Shown here: positions 46,782 through 55,041 of the stretch, piece by piece
How the letters are laid out: each line of letters begins with the position of its first letter
How positions within the stretch are numbered: the stretch's first letter is position 1
Assembly: GCA_036501665.1 (NCBI GenBank)
Contig: DASXZW010000063.1
Coordinates: 8,214-72,213 of the forward strand
Source: Verrucomicrobiia bacterium
GTDB lineage: Bacteria; Verrucomicrobiota; Verrucomicrobiia; Limisphaerales; Palsa-1400
Length of the DNA stretch: 64,000 nt
Direction: 5' to 3'
The notes under the pieces: model-generated
What the model saw: only the letters and a program-made list of their open reading frames with translations
What the model was told of the DNA's origin: nothing
Databases searched by the model: none
Position numbers and translations under genes: made by a program

Positions 46782-48308
46782 ATGATCATCCAGTTTGGCA
46801 CTGAAACGGAAATCGGCATCTCCCGCGCCAACGAAGAAAATCTCGATGTTGTCGCGGAATCGATGGCTCTTGTCCGCAGCGCCACGAAGTCCGGCGTGCT
46901 CATGCGATGGGATTATAACTGCGAAGACCCGCACGCGGACATGCGTGGGTTTCACGTCGAGGAACTTCGACAGGATACCGATGAGGCTTCTTACTTCGCG
47001 CAGGACGCCGGGCGTGAGCTGAGCTTCGTTGAGATTAAAAGCGATCTCGTCCTCGGGAACGGCGCGCGTTACTATAACGATCACGCGCATCCCGAATACT
47101 GCACGCCGGAATGCAGCACCGTGGAGGAATTGGTGGCGCACGACCGAGCGGGCGAACGCATTTTGATGCGTTGCGCGCAAAAACTTTCCGAGGAACGCGG
47201 CTCCGAAGTTTATCTGTACAAGAATAATACCGATTTTCGCGGGCACAGCTACGGTTGCCATGAAAATTACCTGCTCCCCCGCTCATTGCCGTGGGAAACT
47301 CTGGCGCGAGGCATCCAGGCGTTTCTCGTTTCCCGGCAGATCATCGCCGGGGCGGGAAAATTCGCCGTTGAGGAGGAAGACCGTTTTGTCGCGCCCGGCT
47401 TTCAAATTTCACAACGGAGCGACTTTTTCAGCGAGTTGCAAAGCGTCGATACGATGCAGCGCCGCCCCATTGTCAACACTCGCGATGAACCTCACGCCAA
47501 TCCCAATCTTTACCGGCGCTTTCACGTCATCTTGGGCGACGCCAACATGTCGCCATTTTCCACCCGGCTGAAAATCGGCGCGACAGCCCTCGTGCTGGAA
47601 GCGCTCGCTCGCAATCCCAAACGAAACTTTCCTATTCTGGCTGATCCTTTGCAGGCGCTCATGTCCATCTCGCGCGATCCGAAGTTCCGTTGGAAAGTGT
47701 CCCTTGAAGACGGCGCGGGTTCCAATGCGCTCGCGTTGCAACGCGAGTATTGGAAGGCCGTGATGGAGTTGTGCGATCTTTCCGATCCGTCAAAAGCTTC
47801 CGTGGCGGCCGATTGGGATAAAGTATTGACAGATTTGGAAGTGGAGCCAATGCGTTGCCGGGACCGCCTGGATTGGGTGGCGAAACTGGCGATGGTCCGC
47901 GAATTTCAAGAGGAACAACACCTTAAATCCGACGATCCCTGGTTGCAGAGCCTCGACTTGGAATATCACAAGCTGAACCGGGAAACGGGCCTTTACTACG
48001 CGCTGGAACAATCGGGGTCAATCAAAGGAGTTCCCGACGAAGCGTTGGTGCGCCGCGCGATTGGCGAACCGCCGCGCTCGACTCGCGCCTATATACGCGG
48101 TCGGTGCATTCAGAAATTCTCCGCCGCCGTTATTTCGGCGCAGTGGGACCACATTACTTTGCAAGGCTCCCGTGGCCCGTTGAAAATTTCGCTCCTTGAT
48201 ATTTTTACGCACGACCAGATTGCGGCGTCCGCAAAAGTTGTCGATGCGGCCAAATGTCCCGATGATCTTCAACCCATCTCCGAGCAGGTGGATCACTCAC
48301 TTCTGTAA
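46782..48308 (+). CDS. dop: Pup deamidase/depupylase Dop homolog (PafA/Dop family)
   Basis: It contains GTETEIG, RWDYNCEDPHADMRGF, NGARYYNDHAHPEYCTPEC, YKNNTDFRGHSYGCHENYL, GFQISQRSDF, NTRDEPHA and RFHVILGDANM. The length (508 aa) and the DHAHPEY variant are Dop-like rather than PafA-like. Confidence 0.8.
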   Translation: MIIQFGTETEIGISRANEENLDVVAESMALVRSATKSGVLMRWDYNCEDPHADMRGFHVEELRQDTDEASYFAQDAGRELSFVEIKSDLVLGNGARYYNDHAHPEYCTPECSTVEELVAHDRAGERILMRCAQKLSEERGSEVYLYKNNTDFRGHSYGCHENYLLPRSLPWETLARGIQAFLVSRQIIAGAGKFAVEEEDRFVAPGFQISQRSDFFSELQSVDTMQRRPIVNTRDEPHANPNLYRRFHVILGDANMSPFSTRLKIGATALVLEALARNPKRNFPILADPLQALMSISRDPKFRWKVSLEDGAGSNALALQREYWKAVMELCDLSDPSKASVAADWDKVLTDLEVEPMRCRDRLDWVAKLAMVREFQEEQHLKSDDPWLQSLDLEYHKLNRETGLYYALEQSGSIKGVPDEALVRRAIGEPPRSTRAYIRGRCIQKFSAAVISAQWDHITLQGSRGPLKISLLDIFTHDQIAASAKVVDAAKCPDDLQPISEQVDHSLL

Positions 48309-48469
48309 AATTTTCCCGCATTTTTTCGCAATTTGCAAAGGTTGTTGCAGTTTGAATGGCTTCAGAAAAACTCGTAACGCATTTGCTTGCAATATGTTAC
48401 AATTTCAATCACGGCCTTCCATGAAGCTTGGCATTTTTTGTGCTATATTGGGTTAAGGAAGGCAGAATA

Positions 48470-48664
48470 ATGAGTCACCCGGAAAGACAAATGCTTGAGT
48501 TGGAAGAGGAGGCTACTATGCAATTGCGCATTGTTACGAAGGAGAATGCTGCAGTGAACGGCGTCGAAAAGAACGGAACTCGCCCGGGACCTCGTTCACA
48601 ACGACAGGAACTGGCCGCGTTAGCCTGGGAGCCGCGCCGCCGCCGGTTGGGACTTAAATCTTAA
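48470..48664 (+). CDS. small hypothetical protein (64 aa) in the position occupied by pup in actinobacterial loci
   Basis: The ATG is preceded by AAGGAAGG at a 7-nt spacing. The protein is charged, low-complexity and predicted disordered. Its C-terminus is ...RRRRLGLKS, not GGQ/GGE. Confidence 0.4.
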   Translation: MSHPERQMLELEEEATMQLRIVTKENAAVNGVEKNGTRPGPRSQRQELAALAWEPRRRRLGLKS

Positions 48665-48687
48665 CTGTAACGATGCAGTTAACTTCT

Positions 48688-48920
48688 GGGGAGCGCGGTC
48701 GTCTCGACCGCCGCGTCTGGCGTCTCGCCAGACGCTCTTGTCGAACATTTTATACGCCGCCATAGTGCTGGATTGTTCCGTCGGCGAGACGCCAACAGAT
48801 GCGACCGAGACGGTCGCGCTCCCTGCAGCGCCAAAATTTGTGGCCACAGGTTCTAATTAAAATGCTATAGTTTCTAGACCGGAGCCAGTCGGCGAGACGC
48901 CGACTCGAGACGACCGCGCT
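48688..48920. repeat. cluster of three copies of a 35-48-bp GC-rich REP-like module (one forward, two inverted)
   Basis: Unit A (48688-48736) reads GGGGAGCGCGGTCGTCTCGACCGCCGCGTCTGGCGTCTCGCCAGACGC. Units B (48779-48823) and C (48887-48920) are its reverse-complement variants. A and B can form a long hairpin. Confidence 0.7.
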
Positions 48921-48940
48921 ATCGTATATCAACTGAATGG

Positions 48941-51298
48941 TTAAGTCTTGACGGTGCCGCCAGACGGCAACGGTTTGACAAGGCGGACGTCCGTGTTTTC
49001 TTCAGGAGGCGGCGGGACATTGGCGTCAATTCGCCAGAGAACCTCGTAAAGTTTCACCGCGTGACGAAATCCTTTTACCATGCGCGGCGGCCATTCCAGG
49101 CAACGCGCCGCAAGCTGGGGATCATCCCTTTTCAAAGCCAGATAAGTCGCTTCCCCAATCAAAATTCTGCCATGCCCTGAGATGCCTTCAAGCCGGCTGG
49201 CAAGGTTCACCTCGCGTCCGAACGCGGTGTAATTCAACAGGTGAGTTTCCGATCCCATGTAACCCACGATGGCCAGACCGGTATTGATGCCGGTTCCCAT
49301 GTTGAGCACTGGCAGCAAGGAATGTGGCGGCAGGCCTGACTTCTCGCGCGAAGCATTTTCCTCCTCAAGCCGTTTGTTTTGCGCAGCGCGCTTCAAATTT
49401 AGTTCCGCAAGCGCCAGTTGCGCGTCAATAGCCGCTCGCACCGCATCCGCAGCATGACGCGGATTTCCGAGCGGGGCGCCCCAAAAAGCCATGACGCAAT
49501 CGCCGATGTATTTGTCGAGAAGTCCTTTCCTTTGCTTGACAATATCCGCGATGGTGCCGAGATAAAGGCTGATGGTGTCCAGCGATTCCTTGGCCTGTGC
49601 GTCCACGTACGCTTCTGCGGCTTCAGGGTTGAGCTGGTTTTTTTCAATGTATTCGGCCGCATGGGCCTGCGTGACATCGGTCAATTCCGTGAATCCACGC
49701 ACGTCGGCAAAATAGACGGTGATTTCGGTGCGGACACCCCCTTTTGAAAGAGTGGGCGCGGACAAAACTTGATTGACAACATCGGGAGACACCAGCCGTG
49801 AGAAAAGCCCCTTGACTCGCCTTTTTTCCATTTGTTCCACACGCACCCGATGAGTGAGCAGGAGAAGGTGCGTCGTCGCGCCCGCGCAAGCCATCGGAAG
49901 AATGATCGGCACCCACAACCGGTAATGTCCATAGATTGCCACGGTGGAAGTAACGTAGGTCGCGACAAACCCCAACATGAGCAGTGAACCCGTTATCGGG
50001 CGCGACACGACCCAAGTGATCCACGCAGAGATGCTGCCAACAAGAACAATCAGCAACAGATCCAGCGGGAGGGGCATAAGGTGGATGAAACGCCCGGAAA
50101 TGACCGAGTTCGCGATATTTACGTGGTTGGCGACGTTGTAAGTCGCGTTCTGAAGCGGAGTGGCGCTAACGTCGGTCAAATCGCTTCCTGTCGCTGTCGA
50201 ACCGACGACGACCAGCTTGCCTTTCCAAGTGTTTGGAATTTCCTTCCCCTTGTTGCGTTCATTGAAATCGTTCAACAATTCCTCAAACGCCCCTTCTCGC
50301 AGGCGCGGATCGTTTACCGTGAGAGACCAATCCGTGTAGAAATAACCGACGTCATCAACCGGGATGGTTCGCGTGACGCCGGCGGCGCCGTGAAGAATAA
50401 TCTGGCCGGGTTTGATCTCTGGGTGGTCAAGGTCAAGTCCCAATTCACGGGCTGCGAGCACGATTCCCATGCTCCAGGCGCGGTACGGAGTGTATGGCAG
50501 AAATTGCAACGTGGTTCCCGGCCGCGGGTGGCTGTACAAATTGGTGGTCGCAAAGCGCCCTGATTCGTCGAGTGGAAAAACAATTTCTTCGCCGGCGCGG
50601 CGTCGAAAAAATGTTATCCGATTCGTTTCTATTTTGGTTTTGGAAAGATCGACGCCATTATTGTTGGCCATGATTTCAAGAAACGGGTGCCATACTTTGT
50701 AGTCTTGAAACGCCCTCGCCCGGCGGAGCACGCCGTCGCGGTCACGGTCCACCGCAATATTGGCCACCCGCCAGGCGCTTTCCCGAAAATCCCGCGCCGG
50801 GACCAAACCCTGGTCCGCGCCCAAGATGACGTTGCTCGATTCCTGTATTTGACTTGTGAAGTAATCGTCGGAGTTAATCGTTGTGCCATTGGGCAATTTT
50901 GCCGGAGCATGGTCGTGACGGAGAGTGGCAAAAAGCACGTCGAATGCGACTGCTTTTGCGCCCTGCATTGTGAGTTCGTGCAACGCGCGTCCATAGACTT
51001 CTCGTGGCCAGTAAAGTCCATACTTGAACCCAAGGCTGCCGTTGTTGACAGCACCGATGGTGTCGTCGCTGATCTCCACCAGGCCGAGATTGGTGGCGTC
51101 GTTGGCAAAGCCGACGTCGTAATGATGGGTCACCCGAACCCGCCAGTCGTATGTCATCCATTCAAGGCGGTCCAAACCCAGAAGGCGAACTGCGTTGGGG
51201 AATAATTGAAGAAGGCAAACTCCCAAAATAACCGGCGCGGCAATAAAAAACGTCGGCGATTTGAGGAATTTCAGGCGCACGGCGCGCAGAATAAACAA
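48941..51298 (-). CDS. CHASE2 domain-containing class III adenylate/guanylate cyclase
   Basis: It has an N-terminal TM helix, a large periplasmic CHASE2-like region and three TM helices. The cyclase domain includes ITVYFADVRGFTELTD, GDCVMAFWGAP and GINTGLAIVGYMGS. Confidence 0.8.
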   Translation of the reverse strand: MFILRAVRLKFLKSPTFFIAAPVILGVCLLQLFPNAVRLLGLDRLEWMTYDWRVRVTHHYDVGFANDATNLGLVEISDDTIGAVNNGSLGFKYGLYWPREVYGRALHELTMQGAKAVAFDVLFATLRHDHAPAKLPNGTTINSDDYFTSQIQESSNVILGADQGLVPARDFRESAWRVANIAVDRDRDGVLRRARAFQDYKVWHPFLEIMANNNGVDLSKTKIETNRITFFRRRAGEEIVFPLDESGRFATTNLYSHPRPGTTLQFLPYTPYRAWSMGIVLAARELGLDLDHPEIKPGQIILHGAAGVTRTIPVDDVGYFYTDWSLTVNDPRLREGAFEELLNDFNERNKGKEIPNTWKGKLVVVGSTATGSDLTDVSATPLQNATYNVANHVNIANSVISGRFIHLMPLPLDLLLIVLVGSISAWITWVVSRPITGSLLMLGFVATYVTSTVAIYGHYRLWVPIILPMACAGATTHLLLLTHRVRVEQMEKRRVKGLFSRLVSPDVVNQVLSAPTLSKGGVRTEITVYFADVRGFTELTDVTQAHAAEYIEKNQLNPEAAEAYVDAQAKESLDTISLYLGTIADIVKQRKGLLDKYIGDCVMAFWGAPLGNPRHAADAVRAAIDAQLALAELNLKRAAQNKRLEEENASREKSGLPPHSLLPVLNMGTGINTGLAIVGYMGSETHLLNYTAFGREVNLASRLEGISGHGRILIGEATYLALKRDDPQLAARCLEWPPRMVKGFRHAVKLYEVLWRIDANVPPPPEENTDVRLVKPLPSGGTVKT

Positions 51299-51385
51299 AA
51301 AGCCCGGAGCAACACAAGTTACTCCGGGCGCAAACTTAAGGCGGCAGCAGCGTCAAACGATTGCGCGCCGCAAGCCAACCCGATC

Positions 51386-52171
51386 TTACTGAGCCGAACT
51401 TGGCGAGGCCTGGCCAGTGGTCGGGAAAGGATTGAGCAGGGGAGGCGGCGCTCCGGGAGCTCCGAATTGCGGGTTGGTGCTTGCCATCAACTCGCCCAAT
51501 TCACCTTCAAACAATTGCAGCTCATAAACGGGCGTCGGCTGGACATCGCCGTAACCGGGCGTCCAGGATTCGCCGTCGCGCAGCACTTTGACAACCGAAG
51601 GGCCACCCGGATCAACAACCGCAGAAACAATGACTTGACCGGTGATACTGGTGAAGGTCACGCGATGGCGGCCATCCGGCTCCAAACGTGATTTCACATG
51701 GTAATCAGTTCCACGAATTCCAGCCACGCCGTGCGGGGTCTTGATTTCGTATTGGGAATTGGCTGTAATTTTCTTGACGTTGCCGAGGATGGCGCCGTCC
51801 TGCAAATCCAGCATGGTCTGTTGATCCGCGTCATGGCTTGGGCCTGTGCGAGTCATCGTCGGAATGCCGAGAGTCGTTTCCGCTTCAATGCGCAATGCGG
51901 ACGAACTGCCATTCACGGCGAGATCAGCGCTGGATTCCGGACCAGTCCGAACAACCACGCCAGCATCCAATTCAGTATTGACCTTGAGCGGAGCCCAACC
52001 GCCACCTGATTGATATTCGACGTTGCCATGAACCGCCCTCACGATCGCCTTGCCCTGTACGCTGCCTTCTTCAGCGGCCCTGAGAGTTGCGACCCCAACG
52101 AACGCGAGCGCAAAGGCGCACGCCATGCTAATTTGGATGTTTCTTCTCATAAAATTGCTGGTTACATACAT
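51386..52171 (-). CDS. FecR domain-containing secreted protein
   Basis: It has a signal peptide. KAIVRAVHGNVEYQSGGGWAPLKVNTELDAGVVVRTGPESSADL is FecR-like. It lies upstream of the CHASE2 cyclase in the same orientation. The start may be at 52150. Confidence 0.65.
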   Translation of the reverse strand: MYVTSNFMRRNIQISMACAFALAFVGVATLRAAEEGSVQGKAIVRAVHGNVEYQSGGGWAPLKVNTELDAGVVVRTGPESSADLAVNGSSSALRIEAETTLGIPTMTRTGPSHDADQQTMLDLQDGAILGNVKKITANSQYEIKTPHGVAGIRGTDYHVKSRLEPDGRHRVTFTSITGQVIVSAVVDPGGPSVVKVLRDGESWTPGYGDVQPTPVYELQLFEGELGELMASTNPQFGAPGAPPPLLNPFPTTGQASPSSAQ

Positions 52172-52270
52172 ATGTATGTCGTCCAGATTACATTTCGACC
52201 ATTAAATGTCAACTGAATAAAATTCAGAAAAACACGGTTTTTTATTCACAAAAAAGACCGTCAAAACGGC

Positions 52271-53146
52271 TCATTCGGGAGCCAGCTTAACCGTTGCTGT
52301 CCAAAGATTCACGCCAAATTTCGCTTTAAATTTCTCCAAAAGCTTCTCCGCCTCCGTTTTGGAGCGGGCAAGCGCGAACGTAGTCGAACCGCTTCCAGAC
52401 ATTAAAGCGCCAATGGCTCCATTCTCGCGAAAGTTCTCCTGAACCAGCGCCAAGAACGGATATTTATGCAAAGCAGGCGCTTCCAACGAGTTATAGAATT
52501 CCTTTCCACCCGCGACAAGGTCGTTTTGCAGAACGGAAACCAAATTTTGCGCCCGCCCAGGCTCTCCTTTGGCTGCGGCGGGAAATTTGGAAAGCTGCGC
52601 ATAAGCCCAAGGCGTAGAAATGCCGAAACCCGGATGGACCAGCACCAAATAAGTCCCACTCAATGTTGGAAAAGGAGCCAAAGGGGCGATGATTTCGCCG
52701 CGTCCTGTCGCGATTGCGGGATTCTCCTGTAGGAAAAACGGGATATCCGAACCTAACGAAGCCGCCAGTTCCCCTAGTTTTACCTGTTCGAGCGGATGGC
52801 CAAATAGTTCGTTGAGAGCAAGCAGCGTCACTGCTGCGTTTCCGCTCCCGCCACCGAGTCCCGCCGCAATGGGAATTTGTTTATGGAGATGGATGCGAAT
52901 GCCGTCATTCGACCCGATTGTCTGCAAAAAGAGGGCTGCGGCGCGATGGGCGAGGTTCTTGGAGTTGGTCGGCAACCGGTTGTCGCTGCAACTAAGGCGA
53001 ATTCCAGTTTCCGCTCGCTCGAAATCAAGCCGGTCGCACAAATCGACCGGGTGCATGACGGTTTCCAATTCGTTGTAACCGTCAGCGCGCTTTCCGAGGA
53101 CGTTTAGGAGAAGATTGACTTTGCAGCCTGATGCCTTGGAAAGCAT
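52271..53146 (-). CDS. ispE: 4-(cytidine 5'-diphospho)-2-C-methyl-D-erythritol kinase
   Basis: KVNLLLNVLGKRADGYNELETV is present, together with the GHMP kinase motif PIAAGLGGGSGNAA. Confidence 0.85.
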   Translation of the reverse strand: MLSKASGCKVNLLLNVLGKRADGYNELETVMHPVDLCDRLDFERAETGIRLSCSDNRLPTNSKNLAHRAAALFLQTIGSNDGIRIHLHKQIPIAAGLGGGSGNAAVTLLALNELFGHPLEQVKLGELAASLGSDIPFFLQENPAIATGRGEIIAPLAPFPTLSGTYLVLVHPGFGISTPWAYAQLSKFPAAAKGEPGRAQNLVSVLQNDLVAGGKEFYNSLEAPALHKYPFLALVQENFRENGAIGALMSGSGSTTFALARSKTEAEKLLEKFKAKFGVNLWTATVKLAPE

Positions 53147-53200
53147 GAAAGGGGCGCGAAACGTTCCGCGCTCAGCGCCGCGAATGTTCCGCGCAAAGGC

Positions 53201-53647
53201 TTAGTTGTCGAAAATGCGGAAACGGCTGCCCGGAATGAACGGCGCAATATCTCCACCGCTAAATCCAAGCGAAGTATCCGGGGACAATGTGGTATCCGCG
53301 AGCCAGTTTGGCTTGTAGCTGTCCGGGTAAACAGGATCAGCCGGGAAAAAGACCGGGCCGTAATTGCCGGGAGAATGGTTGGGAACCGGGAAAGTCACGA
53401 CTTCATAAACACCGACGGCGGTCCTGGCGACCGTGCGATCAAATCCACGAACGAAGCCAGTCATGGGCAGATTTGCAGGAGCGCCAAAGACGGATGCCTG
53501 TTCAAAGGAACGGCGGAACTCGCCACCGCGACCGAACTCGGTCATATTGTTGATTCCGCGACCCAACTTTTCTTCCGGCCCGGCGCAACCAACGATAAAA
53601 GCTGCAACCGCAGACAGGGACAACAATACACAGGACTTCTTAAACAT
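53201..53647 (-). CDS. exosortase system-associated protein, TIGR04073-like lipoprotein
   Basis: The lipobox is FIVGCAG. KLGRGINNMTEFGRGGEFRRS...RTAVGVYEVVTFPVP matches my recollection of the TIGR04073 signature. Confidence 0.6.
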   Translation of the reverse strand: MFKKSCVLLSLSAVAAFIVGCAGPEEKLGRGINNMTEFGRGGEFRRSFEQASVFGAPANLPMTGFVRGFDRTVARTAVGVYEVVTFPVPNHSPGNYGPVFFPADPVYPDSYKPNWLADTTLSPDTSLGFSGGDIAPFIPGSRFRIFDN

Positions 53648-53792
53648 ATGTGACTCTCTTTTTGCCAAGATAATGTGTGAGAACGCGTGTTGTCGAGTTT
53701 TTTTTGTTGATTACGATTAAAGATCTCGAAAAGGCGCAGCCCGTAGTTTTGGAAATGCCAGTGACAATAACTTGTTAAACGCTTAAGCTGGA

Positions 53793-54008
53793 TTGCACAT
53801 GAAACGGCATGATCAGCCTAAAACGCCCGCCGAAGCCAAGCGCTGGGCGCGTCGCTTATCTGAACGTGTCAACAAGGTGCTTGACGCTCATCCCGACGCC
53901 GACCCCGATACCGTTCGTCATACTCTAATTTTGCTGGAAATGCCGCCAATCGAACGACTGCGGCGAAGTTTAATCCGTGGCCGCGCCACTGCCATTTTCC
54001 GAAAGTGA
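53793..54008 (+). CDS. small hypothetical protein upstream of and overlapping a nucleotidyltransferase-like gene
   Basis: A 71-aa basic ORF that overlaps the next ORF by 32 nt. It is a possible cognate partner. Confidence 0.35.
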   Translation: MHMKRHDQPKTPAEAKRWARRLSERVNKVLDAHPDADPDTVRHTLILLEMPPIERLRRSLIRGRATAIFRK

Positions 54009-54465
54009 AGTCCGCCTGCTCCGCGCACTCTTGAAACAGGATGTGCGGTTCATGGTGGTTGGACTCTCGGCCGCTACTTTGCAAGGCGCGCCGGTCGTGA
54101 CTCAAGACGTTGATCTGTGGTTTGAGAACCTTGGTGAGCAAAAAATATCTGACGCATTGCGCGAGGTTGGCGCTGCATATGTCCCTCCTTCCATTAACAA
54201 TCCGCCGATGTTGGCAGGCGCGGGCTCAGAATTGTTCGATATCGTTATCCGAATGGATGGTTTGGGGCCTTTTGCCAACGAAATTAAGAACTGCATTGAT
54301 GTTCCGTTGGGGCCTGACAAACTCAAAGTGCTTTCGCTTGAACGTATTCTGGCCAGCAAGATCGCCGCGAATCGACCGAAGGATCAATTGACTATTCAAA
54401 TTCTCCGCGATGTGCTTGCTGCGACTCAAACTATTAAATCGGAGAGCGGCAGAAGTAATATTTGA
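53977..54465 (+). CDS. nucleotidyltransferase-fold (DUF6036/AbiEii-like) protein
   Basis: LLRALLKQDVRFMVVGLSAATLQGAPVVTQDVDLWF resembles the minimal NTase GS...DxD segment. It starts with GTG. Confidence 0.5.
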   Translation: MAAPLPFSESEVRLLRALLKQDVRFMVVGLSAATLQGAPVVTQDVDLWFENLGEQKISDALREVGAAYVPPSINNPPMLAGAGSELFDIVIRMDGLGPFANEIKNCIDVPLGPDKLKVLSLERILASKIAANRPKDQLTIQILRDVLAATQTIKSESGRSNI

Positions 54466-54485
54466 TCAAACGCAACTGGGAAATC

Positions 54486-54827
54486 TCAGGCCGTTGCGTT
54501 GAACGTGCCGCCGCTGGAGGATTGTTGCACGTTGCTGCTGGGTGCGGGGGAAATGTTACTGATAGTCTGCTGATTAGTCGAGGGGGCTGGCGTAATGCCG
54601 CCAGAGGCTTGAGTGCTTGGCGCTTTACCTTCCCGTTGCAGCCTCCCCAAGGCAACCAGCGCAGCTGAAACGTTACCGGAGTCGATGGCGTTTTGCAGCG
54701 ACTGGTAATCTGCTTTGCCTTGCCAATTCGGGCTGTTCGCGAAGTGGGAATATTGCACCATTAACAATTGTAAAAGCGCCGTCGTCGGCTGGCTTGTTGC
54801 CGACGATATGGCAGATATCGGGCTCAT
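54486..54827 (-). CDS. low-complexity hypothetical protein
   Basis: It is Ser/Thr/Gln-rich and contains a YQSLQNAIDSGNVSAALVALGRLQ helix-like unit. The start was chosen at MSPISAIS, and the call is weak. Confidence 0.3.
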   Translation of the reverse strand: MSPISAISSATSQPTTALLQLLMVQYSHFANSPNWQGKADYQSLQNAIDSGNVSAALVALGRLQREGKAPSTQASGGITPAPSTNQQTISNISPAPSSNVQQSSSGGTFNATA

Positions 54828-55041
54828 AAGATAACATATGGATTGTTGAATTTCTTGTCCGTCGTCCGTCTTGTCCGCACCTCTAACCAACCAAAGGCAT
54901 CGGATGGATGTGCCGGAGACTTTAGGACATTTTTTTGGATTTATTTTGCGGCAAAATGCGGCTGGGACGGAATTGTTGCGTAACTTGTTGCAAGGGAATA
55001 TGAATAGGCTGATTTTTCGCCTTTACCACCGAGGAGGGAAA

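Noticed and set aside
48428-48664. The small ORF as a canonical Pup or UBact gene.
   Set aside because: It lacks a C-terminal GGQ/GGE or any Gln/Glu terminus, and it does not resemble the Pup helix or the recalled UBact tail. It is kept only as a positional candidate in the findings.
42328-51298. Search for 20S proteasome subunits (prcA/prcB) or a second PafA/Dop-family gene around mpa-dop.
   Set aside because: None of the ORFs on either strand shows Ntn-hydrolase or Pup-ligase signatures. The neighbours are pgl, a beta-propeller membrane protein and a CHASE2 cyclase.
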